DNA from: a virus
Direction: 5' to 3' (one strand)
Length of the DNA stretch: 64,000 bases
Virus record (IMG/VR): IMGVR_UViG_3300027994_000002
Coordinates: 1 to 64,000 of that record
Below the pieces are notes generated by a model. It made no database searches and was not told where the DNA came from. It was given only the letters and a program-made list of their open reading frames with translations. Within the stretch, counting starts at the first letter, position 1. Each line of letters begins with the position of its first letter. Position numbers and translations under genes: made by a program. Of the stretch, positions 27,901-35,862 are shown piece after piece.

Positions 27901-30900
27901 GGGTAACATTCGCGTTCAGTCGGGACAGGGCCTCAAGGCTTCCATTGATCCCTTTGCTCGAACGGGAATCCCCTCCAAAGTCCCGCCGCTGAGCGCCTCG
28001 GGAGGGCTGCCTATTGTTGGCCTGCGGCAAGTGCGAGATCGCATTGTGGATGCCGAAGGCAATATCTCTCAAGGGCCTGTCAAAAAAACCCTTTCCGGTC
28101 GCGCTATCAATATCAATGATCCCGCCGAGGTGAAGCTCGCAAACGATGCCGCAAGGGATTCCGGCAATCCAGATCAATTTGAGAATAACCTGAATGCCGT
28201 CCAGGACGCCATTGCCTCCGGAAGAGAAATCAACTTTGCCTATCGATCCAGCAAATCCGAGGTGGAGGGCTCCCCAACGAATAAAGAGCGCGACGAGGCA
28301 CAAGAATTGTCCGATCTTGGGTTATCCCTACGTGAGGCGGTTCAAAAAACCTTCACGCCAACCAATTTTGAAGTTGATCCAGCAAAACTGGAGCCTGTGT
28401 TCAGTGAAGCAAGTGCTCAAAATGCCATGGCGCGGGCCGCTGAAAAATGGCCAAATCGTCGCGCCAACTGGAACCTATCCGCCTTCCGGGACCTCAGCGA
28501 ATTCAATGCCGCCGCAATGGAAGTCGCCAGGGCCAGCGAGGAAGGACGCCCGATTCAGGGCCTGAACGCCAAACAGATTGGGGCCGTTCGTGACCTTCTA
28601 GAAAAAGAAAACAAGGTTCGCTTCCTCATCAAAGGCTATTCTCAGGACAAGGTCATTGCCAACGCAAAAAACCTTTCCGAGGCAATCGAAGCTTCTGGCC
28701 TGAATTCAGATCCACAAGTCGCTCGCGCCCAGGCCTACCTGAAAAGCGGCGAATGGGTTCAAGATTTAAAAGACCGAAACGAAAACATGGCCCACGGCTA
28801 TCGCGGAGACGGCCAGCCCTTTTTGGATTCTCGGGGGATCGATCAATCTGAAGCTCGTCGCGGATCCGAAGGGGCTCCTACACCTAAAATCATCCCCGAC
28901 GAGCGCATTCAAGTTCTGAACGTCCTGGAAGGAGGAACCAGCGGCAAGTACTGGCCTGAGGCTAGAGAGAATGCGGCGACCGCCGGAAGAGATCCTGTTA
29001 CCGGAAAACCAGCCCAATCCACCAACCCGCTTCAGGCCAAACTGGAAAGCCTGGGCAAAAACCTCTTCCTCGACCGCGCAGGTCGTCGCATTGAAGGCCT
29101 CGGGGACATTGTATCCCCTGCCAGTGAAACGCTCCGCCTGGACCGCGTCGAGGACGCCAGCGGGCAGGCTCCAGTTGAGCTACCGCCCTCCAATTACGCT
29201 CAGCGAGCGGCAGGCTTCATGCCAGAGGCCAACGAGCCTAATAGGCTTGTCAATGAATCCGATTTCACCCATACTAACCAACATGCCAAAGCCCTTAGCA
29301 ACCTTGGATTCACCGCAAGAGAAGAAACTAACCGTTCAGGAAATGTTCGGTCAGGCGGCAGAAACAGCGATGGAGGAGGGCAAGAAATTGACCCATACAC
29401 AGGCACTCGCCCAGTTGCGCCGGAACAGTGGCTACAAAGCTACGTCGACCACCTCTCGTCCGAAGCGGGCAATGGTTCCTACTCAGGCGAAGGCAATCAA
29501 TCCCTCCTCACTCACGCCGAAAACAGCGGGTCCCTTGTCCCGCCTGTAAAAGTCGAAAGATTACAGTCTTTCCCTGGAGGATCCGGCGTTGAACATGATG
29601 TCTACTTCCCGCCGACAGCCAAAGGCCAAACCCAGAAAGTTTACAAGATTACAAAACCGGGAGCCCACGGTTTTAGCGGAGATGAAATTAGCTATGTCAA
29701 GTATATCGATAACCTGAACAAACTGACGGGCGGCAAGCTGGGGGGCGAAATCTTGGGCGTCGCTGAGCAAAGCAAAGTGGAAGACCCTTGGGTCGTGGAC
29801 GATTATCTAGAAGAAGGTGTTTGGCCTGGAATCGTAACCAAATGGAATTACATTCCAGGTAAGGTCCCTGGGCCTCTTTTTGAATCCAAGCTCAAGAACA
29901 CCTACGGCTTCGAGAAGACAGGCCTGAATGAATGGACGCACAAAGACACAGGAGTCGTCTTGAAAGACGCCCATAAGTCCAATTTCATCGAGAACAGTAA
30001 GGGCAAGCTAATTCCCATTGATGTCCATGTCGAAGGCGACGTAACTAAGCCAATGTTTATGCCCGCGGCTGAAGGTTTTGAAAATAAAAGTTCATTGAGG
30101 GAAAGATATACACCGGGAGAACCCGTTAGGCATCGCATTTCAGGCTGGCACGCAACGCTTGCGGAACCGGATGAAATTATTTCCATTCTTAAAAATGGAT
30201 TAATTCCAGGCAAGCGAGAAGCCCCGCAAGGCTGGCCCGGGGAATACAGCGGAAAAGGGATTTATATTCACCAAAGATTTCCTGGCCATGAACTTGAAAA
30301 CGGCTTAGCAGATGGAATTCCTTCAACGGCATTAATTGAACTCAAAGACAATAGGCGATGGAATGAATTGGTTCCAGACGAAGAGGTTGGCGATCCAGGG
30401 GAACTCGCCGCAAGCATAAGGGATGGAACACCAATAGCTGTAGGGGGGGGCTTTGACGCTGGATCTATCAAAAATATATGGCTTCCAGATGTTCCTGCAT
30501 CTCACGAAATCGCAAAAGAAATCGAGAAAATCGCAGAAGAACAAAAGATCATCGTGCCTCCTATTATTTTTGAAAAAAAGGCCAGCTTTATGCCTGAAAC
30601 CGAAAATGGGTTCGATGATTCTATCGATATTCGTAAATCGTACGGAGGAATACTACTCGGGAATGGAAAGTACTATTCCGCAGCAATTGGAGAGCAAGGC
30701 CATGGGAAAGCCTACGATGAAATATTTAAAGAATACGGATTTCCAGCTAAAGACTTTAATGTGTTTGATGAAATCAACGCCGTTAGAATCGTGGATTCAA
30801 AGGGGCGTAATACAATTTACGCGGAATCCTTGAGCAAAAAACCAATATCCAGAGACCAAAAAGAATGGTTGCTAAATCAAGCGATGACGCACGGAAGGAA

Positions 30901-32455
30901 ACTCGTTTTTGATAGCGGAAGTAATTCCAGAGAAATCTATGACCCCAAAAAAGCTGAATTCATGCCCGAAAGCGAACCCATTGAAGGAGAACAAAGGCCT
31001 CTCGCCAATGCAGGCTTCGGGCGCGAAAATGAACTCCATGAAGAAAATCAACCAGCAAATCCCCTCAATTCCGCCGAAGCGTCGCCCGGAAACAATCCGG
31101 ACAGGCAGGCCCTTTCTGCCCGAGAACTTTCAACCCGCTCCAAAGCGCACTACCGGCAATTCATCCGTCAATACGAGCCCGAAGCCCGCCCTTTCATCGG
31201 CCAATTTCTAAAGTCTACTCAAGAGGAATTGCATTCTCTTTCGCCTGAAGATAGGCGGGCGGCCTACGAAGATCTCGTTAATAAGAAACTGCAAGGCAAA
31301 GGCCCAGAAGCAATGGAAATCGCCCAAGGTGAGCTGGGCTACGTGTTGCCAAGCGAAGGAGAAAACGCCAGCGGCCCCTTCGGCCTCACAGTAGAAGAGG
31401 AAGCCCCTTTCTTTGAGGCCGTTGGGATCAATCGCATGGAGGAGAGTGACCTGCCGGAAGCCAATCCCTCCCACCCGTTCATTGATCTCACAGGCGAATC
31501 TTTGAAAGATTTTGAGCTTACTCCCGCCCAATCGGAGCTTGTTGTTCACCCGGTCAAGACAATTCTCAATAAGCTAACGGAAGCGAAGGCTTCCAGCGAG
31601 CTCCCCGAGACGCTTTCCGCCGCCGAGCTCGGCGTTACAACGACTAATATCGAATCGGAGCACCTCGACGCCTTTGACGCGCATTTTGGGAAGAACCAAT
31701 GGGTACTCAAGCCGTTTGATGTGGATAAATCCCTTCAAGGCCAAGGCATTTATTTGCCTGAGAATCTAAGGCGTCTTGTTGCAGGTGAAAAAGCCTCCTA
31801 TAACAGAGGCTATTCCGAACAAGGCTCTGGTAGCGTGGAATTGGCAAAAGAGCACATGCAAGCTGATATCGCCTCCCACGGCATCGAGAATTACATGGTT
31901 CAAAAAAGGCTCGACTTGGACGGGGAAACCCCGGAAAGCATTGCCGCCGGAGAAACGATTCTTCCAGGTGAAATGCGCGTGCATGTCTGGTGCGACATGA
32001 AAGGCGAACCACACGTGATCCCCTACGCGACCTTTGACAAACGGCTCGCCGACAAAAACAATCACACGGCCTTCGGTTACTCCACCAAGGCGACCAAAGC
32101 CGCTGAAAAAGCGGCCTACAAGGCCATCAAAGCCCTGCCTTTAGAAGATCGCATCGGTTCTTTCTTTGGCCCTGATATCGTCCGCCTCAAGGACGGTAGT
32201 TACAAGCCTGTCGAGCTCAACCCGACCTACGTTCGAGGCCAACACGAACCCCTTCCTGGAGAAGAAGAAAGCACGGGGTCAGCCTCCGGCTATGCGGGCT
32301 ACCCAACAGCCATGGCGGCAATCATCGCCTTTCAGCGCGGCGAGCTTCCTTTCCACGCCCAGTTTGCCCTCGAGCAATTGGAGGCAACCCTGCCTAAAAA
32401 GCAATGGCCCCAAGCGACCGAAGAGGAAATGGCCCTCTCCGGCGCTCAGTTTTAA
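24950..32455 (+). CDS. giant multi-domain 'polyvalent' protein (2501 aa): HExxH peptidase + kinase-like + PARP/ART-like + ATP-grasp-like modules
   Basis: Uninterrupted 7.5-kb ORF with a TAATG overlap to the upstream gene. Domain motifs are listed as separate entries. Confidence 0.8.
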   Translation: MPSPFGDTPISSPGASPFGDTPHAPEQPKASPFGDTPTAPDSREIKIAQAANDPTFDPVQVYASVDPMSVSQQLNNPSQDPEEPVFKQAAEEFNRMMEVRQFAADVLKHKLAMKEANAPKTLLGKVGENAAYAGDVALNLVPHKTPEGEWSSGGLLHGAEAVVDMVAAAPGAAINTVVQGAGDLGLIDKNSPAYQTAALKNYASGEGVANSLYNPITGRAAGNIRAVGQELGDWLSGGPKTDAEIHRYLESRVANLQSRAKTEEAMTGALKEVVGAPEDSQLTDESRAIKEFAQTNAEFAVDPMNVAFLGAGRAMTGIARAATPAIRAAAVSPVVIQAKNLAAQAASKGVQGFGKSINTVGNIGASSLGQAATNIAFGALAGKELGSELAGAAAGAILGTKGHGIAGPLWNSVSRAGGALEGRGAELAPDFIGPVRPPGTPGALSKIAGNPLAKNALAGAIFSLPFLAIAPNAEEAANTLGIGAAFGVLGGLSSKNYNYGLRQMGQKYFAELAPERYGMPAEVNGTPVDLDALHERAIKQLTPQQQLALQSMRGFLPGAQIYALSPHDLGQVATQAGLPTASGIYDAPQITTQLNIGGKPQTVILLNAGLAALNHESGHFIWDNLTPEQQGKLTNQVAQVDPKILQDAYLKYTLAHAKAFNFQTALPKNALAIDASGNPVIDPSLKPEEKAAVQQALDYWNSHPDGLVKEYIAENFNDLANRKGGEKESLAGHTGNKSLAQEFEDAFNSVKQRLGGKGRESALGFQVDTKLQDQMRAVLKDLAAQRKREGIITPSQPPPSAPGAPIPPVSSIAPPPAAGAPIAAPTASASTAEQTRVQGNFDDAAKAGKTLKLNKAQIQQGLESAKRDGLTETEDIVKRMVNPGYYPDGSNILPGGQVESALPLANIEGAIEQGKANAAALSSQAQGRDPNFDPNVNEVIKPLANETLGATPDQIEALKAKGYTQAQIDAMQPREIEAILGGQLGNIRVQSGQGLKASIDPFARTGIPSKVPPLSASGGLPIVGLRQVRDRIVDAEGNISQGPVKKTLSGRAININDPAEVKLANDAARDSGNPDQFENNLNAVQDAIASGREINFAYRSSKSEVEGSPTNKERDEAQELSDLGLSLREAVQKTFTPTNFEVDPAKLEPVFSEASAQNAMARAAEKWPNRRANWNLSAFRDLSEFNAAAMEVARASEEGRPIQGLNAKQIGAVRDLLEKENKVRFLIKGYSQDKVIANAKNLSEAIEASGLNSDPQVARAQAYLKSGEWVQDLKDRNENMAHGYRGDGQPFLDSRGIDQSEARRGSEGAPTPKIIPDERIQVLNVLEGGTSGKYWPEARENAATAGRDPVTGKPAQSTNPLQAKLESLGKNLFLDRAGRRIEGLGDIVSPASETLRLDRVEDASGQAPVELPPSNYAQRAAGFMPEANEPNRLVNESDFTHTNQHAKALSNLGFTAREETNRSGNVRSGGRNSDGGGQEIDPYTGTRPVAPEQWLQSYVDHLSSEAGNGSYSGEGNQSLLTHAENSGSLVPPVKVERLQSFPGGSGVEHDVYFPPTAKGQTQKVYKITKPGAHGFSGDEISYVKYIDNLNKLTGGKLGGEILGVAEQSKVEDPWVVDDYLEEGVWPGIVTKWNYIPGKVPGPLFESKLKNTYGFEKTGLNEWTHKDTGVVLKDAHKSNFIENSKGKLIPIDVHVEGDVTKPMFMPAAEGFENKSSLRERYTPGEPVRHRISGWHATLAEPDEIISILKNGLIPGKREAPQGWPGEYSGKGIYIHQRFPGHELENGLADGIPSTALIELKDNRRWNELVPDEEVGDPGELAASIRDGTPIAVGGGFDAGSIKNIWLPDVPASHEIAKEIEKIAEEQKIIVPPIIFEKKASFMPETENGFDDSIDIRKSYGGILLGNGKYYSAAIGEQGHGKAYDEIFKEYGFPAKDFNVFDEINAVRIVDSKGRNTIYAESLSKKPISRDQKEWLLNQAMTHGRKLVFDSGSNSREIYDPKKAEFMPESEPIEGEQRPLANAGFGRENELHEENQPANPLNSAEASPGNNPDRQALSARELSTRSKAHYRQFIRQYEPEARPFIGQFLKSTQEELHSLSPEDRRAAYEDLVNKKLQGKGPEAMEIAQGELGYVLPSEGENASGPFGLTVEEEAPFFEAVGINRMEESDLPEANPSHPFIDLTGESLKDFELTPAQSELVVHPVKTILNKLTEAKASSELPETLSAAELGVTTTNIESEHLDAFDAHFGKNQWVLKPFDVDKSLQGQGIYLPENLRRLVAGEKASYNRGYSEQGSGSVELAKEHMQADIASHGIENYMVQKRLDLDGETPESIAAGETILPGEMRVHVWCDMKGEPHVIPYATFDKRLADKNNHTAFGYSTKATKAAEKAAYKAIKALPLEDRIGSFFGPDIVRLKDGSYKPVELNPTYVRGQHEPLPGEEESTGSASGYAGYPTAMAAIIAFQRGELPFHAQFALEQLEATLPKKQWPQATEEEMALSGAQF
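26792..26806 (+). other. HExxH zinc-peptidase motif inside the giant ORF (codons 615-619)
   Basis: Codons cat gaa agc ggg cat encode HESGH, in the context LNAGLAALNHESGHFIWDNL. Confidence 0.5.
29552..30040 (+). other. protein-kinase-like module inside the giant ORF
   Basis: FPGGSGVEHDVY (Gly-loop-like), KVYKITK (Lys), VLKDAHKSNFI (catalytic-loop-like D..N) and LIPIDVHV (DFG position). Confidence 0.5.
30128..30400 (+). other. PARP/ADP-ribosyltransferase-like (H-Y-E) module inside the giant ORF
   Basis: SGWHAT..IISILKNGLIPGKREAPQGWPGEYSGKGIYIHQRF...ALIELK parallels the PARP pattern hGS..IL..GL......G..fGKGIYFA...E. Candidate catalytic residues are H1734, Y1772 and E1797. The Y-E spacing is shorter than in PARP1. 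Confidence 0.45.
31697..32230 (+). other. ATP-grasp-like module at the C-terminus of the giant ORF
   Basis: QWVLKPFDVDKSLQGQGIY, YMVQKRLDL, GEMRVHVWCDMKGEPHVI, and FFGPDIVRLKDGSYKPVELNP follow the order of ATP-grasp motifs. Confidence 0.55.
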
Positions 32456-32652
32456 TGGAACTTCTTGGTCGCCCAAAAGGCATTGAATCCATTTTCAACG
32501 CCGTCTTCAAAAAGCGTGAACTCCATCGAAAACATCTCGTACTCATTCACGACCCGACCGCCGCTTTTGGCGGATTCCCAGCCCTGAAGTTGTCCCTTGC
32601 GGAACACAGCAAGTTCTTCCCTGGCGAGGCGAGTGAGGTCGAGTGTCTTCAT
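32452..32652 (-). CDS. small minus-strand protein (66 aa), possible regulator
   Basis: The ATG lies 6 nt downstream of the -10 of a minus-strand copy of the recurrent promoter cassette. The stop codon overlaps the stop of the giant + strand gene. Confidence 0.5.
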   Translation of the reverse strand: MKTLDLTRLAREELAVFRKGQLQGWESAKSGGRVVNEYEMFSMEFTLFEDGVENGFNAFWATKKFH

Positions 32653-32658
32653 GAGAGG

Positions 32659-32697
32659 AACATACGCTACTGAGAACAAAGTGCAACAAAAAACTTT
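32659..32697 (-). promoter_or_regulatory. recurrent promoter cassette, minus-strand copy
   Basis: Minus strand reads AAAGTTTTTTG-TTGCAC-16 nt-TATGTT-6 nt-ATG. Confidence 0.55.
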
Positions 32698-32704
32698 GAG
32701 CGCA

Positions 32705-32741
32705 CTTTTTTATTGCTCAAATAATCAAGGGCAGGCATAAA
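32705..32741 (+). promoter_or_regulatory. partial promoter cassette facing the replication module
   Basis: CTTTTTTA-TTGCTC-17 nt-CATAAA, back-to-back with the minus-strand copy. The palindrome TTGAGC-N13-GCTCAA (32696-32720) overlaps the -35. Confidence 0.35.
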
Positions 32742-32896
32742 GGTTGGCGTTAGAGCGGTGTGGAAGCCGCAAGCAAAATGAATAACATTCAATTCACGCC
32801 TAATCGTCGTCAAGGGAAAGGGATTTTTACTCGGCCGTTGCCCTGTATTGCGCCCGCTTCCACCCCTATGGGGGCGATTAGGCATGAGGTGAAATC

Positions 32897-33316
32897 ATGT
32901 CATCCTATTCAGAAAAATTAAGGCACCCTTTATGGCAGAGGAAAAGATTAGAAGTTTTAAATAGGGATAACTTCCGATGCATTAATTGCGGAGAGCGCGA
33001 GAAAACCCTAAACGTACATCATTCCTATTACGTAAAAGGTAGGGAAGTTTGGGATTATCCGATGTTTTCCCTTTCAACGCTTTGCGAAAATTGCCATTCA
33101 CAAATAGGCCAAGAAGAAAGAATTGATGGCTCAAAAATGAATGAATGGGAAATTGCCTTCGATCGCATTTGCAAAGGTGATTTGAGTGTAACCGCAGATT
33201 ATGTATGGGACTTGTCTATGGAACTGTGCATGTACTCTGAGCGAAATGGAATACCAATGGAATGCCTTCTAAGCAAGTTGGTGGTGGAAATATCCAGAGA
33301 CAGAACTCGCAAATGA
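32897..33316 (+). CDS. HNH endonuclease-like protein
   Basis: FRCINCGEREKTLNVHHSYY...LCENCHSQI, the same architecture as the 6438 gene. A GAGGTG SD lies upstream. Confidence 0.65.
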   Translation: MSSYSEKLRHPLWQRKRLEVLNRDNFRCINCGEREKTLNVHHSYYVKGREVWDYPMFSLSTLCENCHSQIGQEERIDGSKMNEWEIAFDRICKGDLSVTADYVWDLSMELCMYSERNGIPMECLLSKLVVEISRDRTRK

Positions 33317-34017
33317 AGCGTTTTACTGAAACCACCAAGTGGGACGACCCTTGGTTTCAAGACCTGAATCCCGCACATAAGTTATTTTGGATTTACCTCT
33401 GCGATAATTGTGATAACACGGGTGTTTGGAAAGTCAACTGGAGATTGGCCAATTTCCAAATAGGGGTTGATTTAAAAAAGGAAGAATTATTGCCTATTTT
33501 TGGCAAAAGAATCCATGTTCTTGACGAAGAAAGGTGGCTCATTGTTTCCTTTATTTGCTTCCAATATGGGGAGCTTTCAGAGGAATGCAGGCCGCACAAG
33601 CCGATACTCGCTTTGATAAAGAAGCACAATTTACAAAGGGTATTAATAGGGTATTCAAAGGGTATCAATACCCTTGAGGAAAAGGACAAAGAAAAAGACA
33701 AGATTAAGAAGGGGGAGTTCGAGGGGGTTAACCCATTTGCACCTTTGGAAGAAAAATCCAAAAAGAAAGCCGCGTCTGAGCAGGAGGCCGTGGAATTCTG
33801 TAGGGATATAGGACTCAAGCCGGATGATGGAAGTTGGTTCTGGGATAAATGCGAGGGTTCTGGATGGAAGAACGCAGGTAAGCCGATAGTTGACTGGAAA
33901 GCTGTGGTGAGGTCCTGGCAAAGAATAGCCATCTTCCCCTCACAAAAGAATCAGAATCAAGGTTTCCAAAAACCAAAACAACAAAGCCTGCCCATGGGAA
34001 TACCGGAACCAATATGA
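33313..34017 (+). CDS. putative replication initiator / helicase-loader-type protein
   Basis: ATGA overlap. Lies immediately upstream of DnaB. The Trp-rich N-terminus TKWDDPWFQDL..KLFWIYLCDNCDNTGVW is common in phage replisome organisers. The call is positional. Confidence 0.45.
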   Translation: MKRFTETTKWDDPWFQDLNPAHKLFWIYLCDNCDNTGVWKVNWRLANFQIGVDLKKEELLPIFGKRIHVLDEERWLIVSFICFQYGELSEECRPHKPILALIKKHNLQRVLIGYSKGINTLEEKDKEKDKIKKGEFEGVNPFAPLEEKSKKKAASEQEAVEFCRDIGLKPDDGSWFWDKCEGSGWKNAGKPIVDWKAVVRSWQRIAIFPSQKNQNQGFQKPKQQSLPMGIPEPI

Positions 34018-35309
34018 AAAAAACAGAAGTTCACTACAGTGAAGAAGCAGAGAAGGCCGTTCTAGGCTGCATGCTTGTTCATCCAAAGAAATCCCTGCCA
34101 AAATTCGACGAGGCCCTGAAGTTCTCAGACTTCTTTGTTCCCGCGCATCGAATCTTGGCGGAAATCATTTGCTACATTGATTCCTGCGGTCATGAGGTGG
34201 ACGTGCTGACAGTCCATCAAGAACTATGCGATCGCAAGTTGGATTCCAAGGTCGGTAGTCCAGGAATCCTAGCAGACCTCATGAGCGGCTACGTCAGCCA
34301 TGAAACCATGGAATCCTACATCCGCATTGTGGTGAAGAAGTCCAAATACCGCGCCTTAATGGAAATGGCAGAAGGGATTAGGTCCAAACTAGAGGAAGGA
34401 GAGGACATTGAAACCGTGCTTAGCGGCGTTCAAGCCTTAGTGGACAATGCGTCTACCGTCAAGGAGGGTCGAATTTACTCCGGGAAGGCACCCTGGGACG
34501 CTCTTTATGCCTACATTGATAGTTGCCCCTTAGAACGGCAAAAAACATGGCTTAAAACGGGTTTTATGCAATTGGACGCCTGCGTCAATTCTCTGAGGCC
34601 GGGAAGAAGTTACGTGATCGCAGCAAGGCCCGGCATTGGAAAGACCGCGTTGGCCTTGAACATCATGCGCAATCTCCTGATTGAAAAAAAGCCGTGCGGC
34701 ATGGTTAGCCTGGAAATGTCGGAGTCCGAGGTCAGGCAGCGGATGCTCGCAAATCACGCTTCCATCGATACGAGAAAAATCGAAAACGGCCTGGATGCCG
34801 ATGGTAAACTTAAGGCCAATCTCGTCAGAAGCGAAGTCGAAGCTTGGCCCCTGCATGTCTTGGAGCAATCTAGCATGAACATCGCCGACTTGCGTCTCCG
34901 CGTCCGACAGCTAGCCCACCTCGGATGCAAGGTGATTTTTGTGGACTATCTTCAGCTCCTAAGCTCAGAGGACCCCAGGGCGAGCAAGAAAAAGCACGAG
35001 GAATTAGGCGAGATCACACGCCTAACCAAGGTCATGGCAAGAACTTTCAATATTCCGATTGTGATGTTGGTTCAGCTTGCTCGCATGGATAAAGACTCGG
35101 AGCCTGACCTTGAAAATCTTGCGGGATCAGACTCCATTGGAAGAGACGCCGATTGCGTGATCATCATGTATAAGGAAGGCGAGGCTCCCGACAATCGCCG
35201 CGTTCCTATAACTTGGAAAATTGCCAAAAATAGGCAAGGGCCTAGAGGCAAAATACCAACAAACTTTGACGGACCACTTGTGCGATTTACCGAAAAGGGA
35301 ATCGAATAG
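34014..35309 (+). CDS. dnaB: replicative DNA helicase, DnaB family
   Basis: N-terminal AEKAVLGCML, Walker A ARPGIGKTALALN, Walker B VIFVDYLQLL, and arginine-finger region LARMDKDSEPDLENLAGSDSIGRDAD. Confidence 0.85.
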   Translation: MKKTEVHYSEEAEKAVLGCMLVHPKKSLPKFDEALKFSDFFVPAHRILAEIICYIDSCGHEVDVLTVHQELCDRKLDSKVGSPGILADLMSGYVSHETMESYIRIVVKKSKYRALMEMAEGIRSKLEEGEDIETVLSGVQALVDNASTVKEGRIYSGKAPWDALYAYIDSCPLERQKTWLKTGFMQLDACVNSLRPGRSYVIAARPGIGKTALALNIMRNLLIEKKPCGMVSLEMSESEVRQRMLANHASIDTRKIENGLDADGKLKANLVRSEVEAWPLHVLEQSSMNIADLRLRVRQLAHLGCKVIFVDYLQLLSSEDPRASKKKHEELGEITRLTKVMARTFNIPIVMLVQLARMDKDSEPDLENLAGSDSIGRDADCVIIMYKEGEAPDNRRVPITWKIAKNRQGPRGKIPTNFDGPLVRFTEKGIE

Positions 35310-35392
35310 GCGCGACGGAGCAACCGACCAGATTCTTATCACCTTCGACCCAAAAACAACTAAATTCACTGACCAATAAACAAAATAAACAT

Positions 35393-35737
35393 ATGAAAAA
35401 AGAACGAACTTATAATGGGAAGACGCTGGAGGAGTTGGAAAATCTATTCAACGAGGCGTGTGTTCTGTCGATGGAAGATGATCCAGTCGATGAACAATTA
35501 GCGGGCATCAAAGCCGTCGCCGAGGTCGTCGCGCCGGGGTGGATTAAGGTGAGTGATAGGTTGCCCGATCAAGGTAAAAAAGTGTGGGTATACCACCCAG
35601 AAATTGGTTCATTTGAAGCGGAGCTTTATCTCACTAAAAAAGGCAAGTTTGAGTGCTGGCAAGGGTCTGATGGAACCTACGGCAACACAATTACCCACTG
35701 GCAGCCTCTCCCCTCTGAGCCCGAGGTGGAGGGGTGA
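35393..35737 (+). CDS. DUF551-like protein
   Basis: WIKVSDRLPDQGKKVWVY...ITHWQPLPSEPE is the characteristic DUF551 pattern. Confidence 0.5.
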   Translation: MKKERTYNGKTLEELENLFNEACVLSMEDDPVDEQLAGIKAVAEVVAPGWIKVSDRLPDQGKKVWVYHPEIGSFEAELYLTKKGKFECWQGSDGTYGNTITHWQPLPSEPEVEG

Positions 35738-35862
35738 AGAGATTAATTCGCAGGTGGATCGATGCCCATGAAAAGAAATGGGCTATGACCACAGAATGTG
35801 CCTGCTACGAAATTAGCAGGATGTTGGACGTGCAAGAAATGATGAGGAAATACAGACAATGA
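35734..35862 (+). CDS. small hypothetical protein (42 aa)
   Basis: GTGA overlap upstream and ATGA overlap downstream fill the gap exactly. Confidence 0.35.
   Translation: MKRLIRRWIDAHEKKWAMTTECACYEISRMLDVQEMMRKYRQ

Noticed and set aside
24950-32455. The giant ORF as an N4-like virion RNA polymerase, or as a tape-measure protein.
   Set aside because: I could find no polymerase-type motifs (no T7-like palm motifs and no DxDGD-type double-psi beta-barrel signature). The sequence is not the long Ala/Leu-rich helical repeat expected of a tape measure. The recognisable motifs point instead to peptidase, kinase, ART and ATP-grasp modules.
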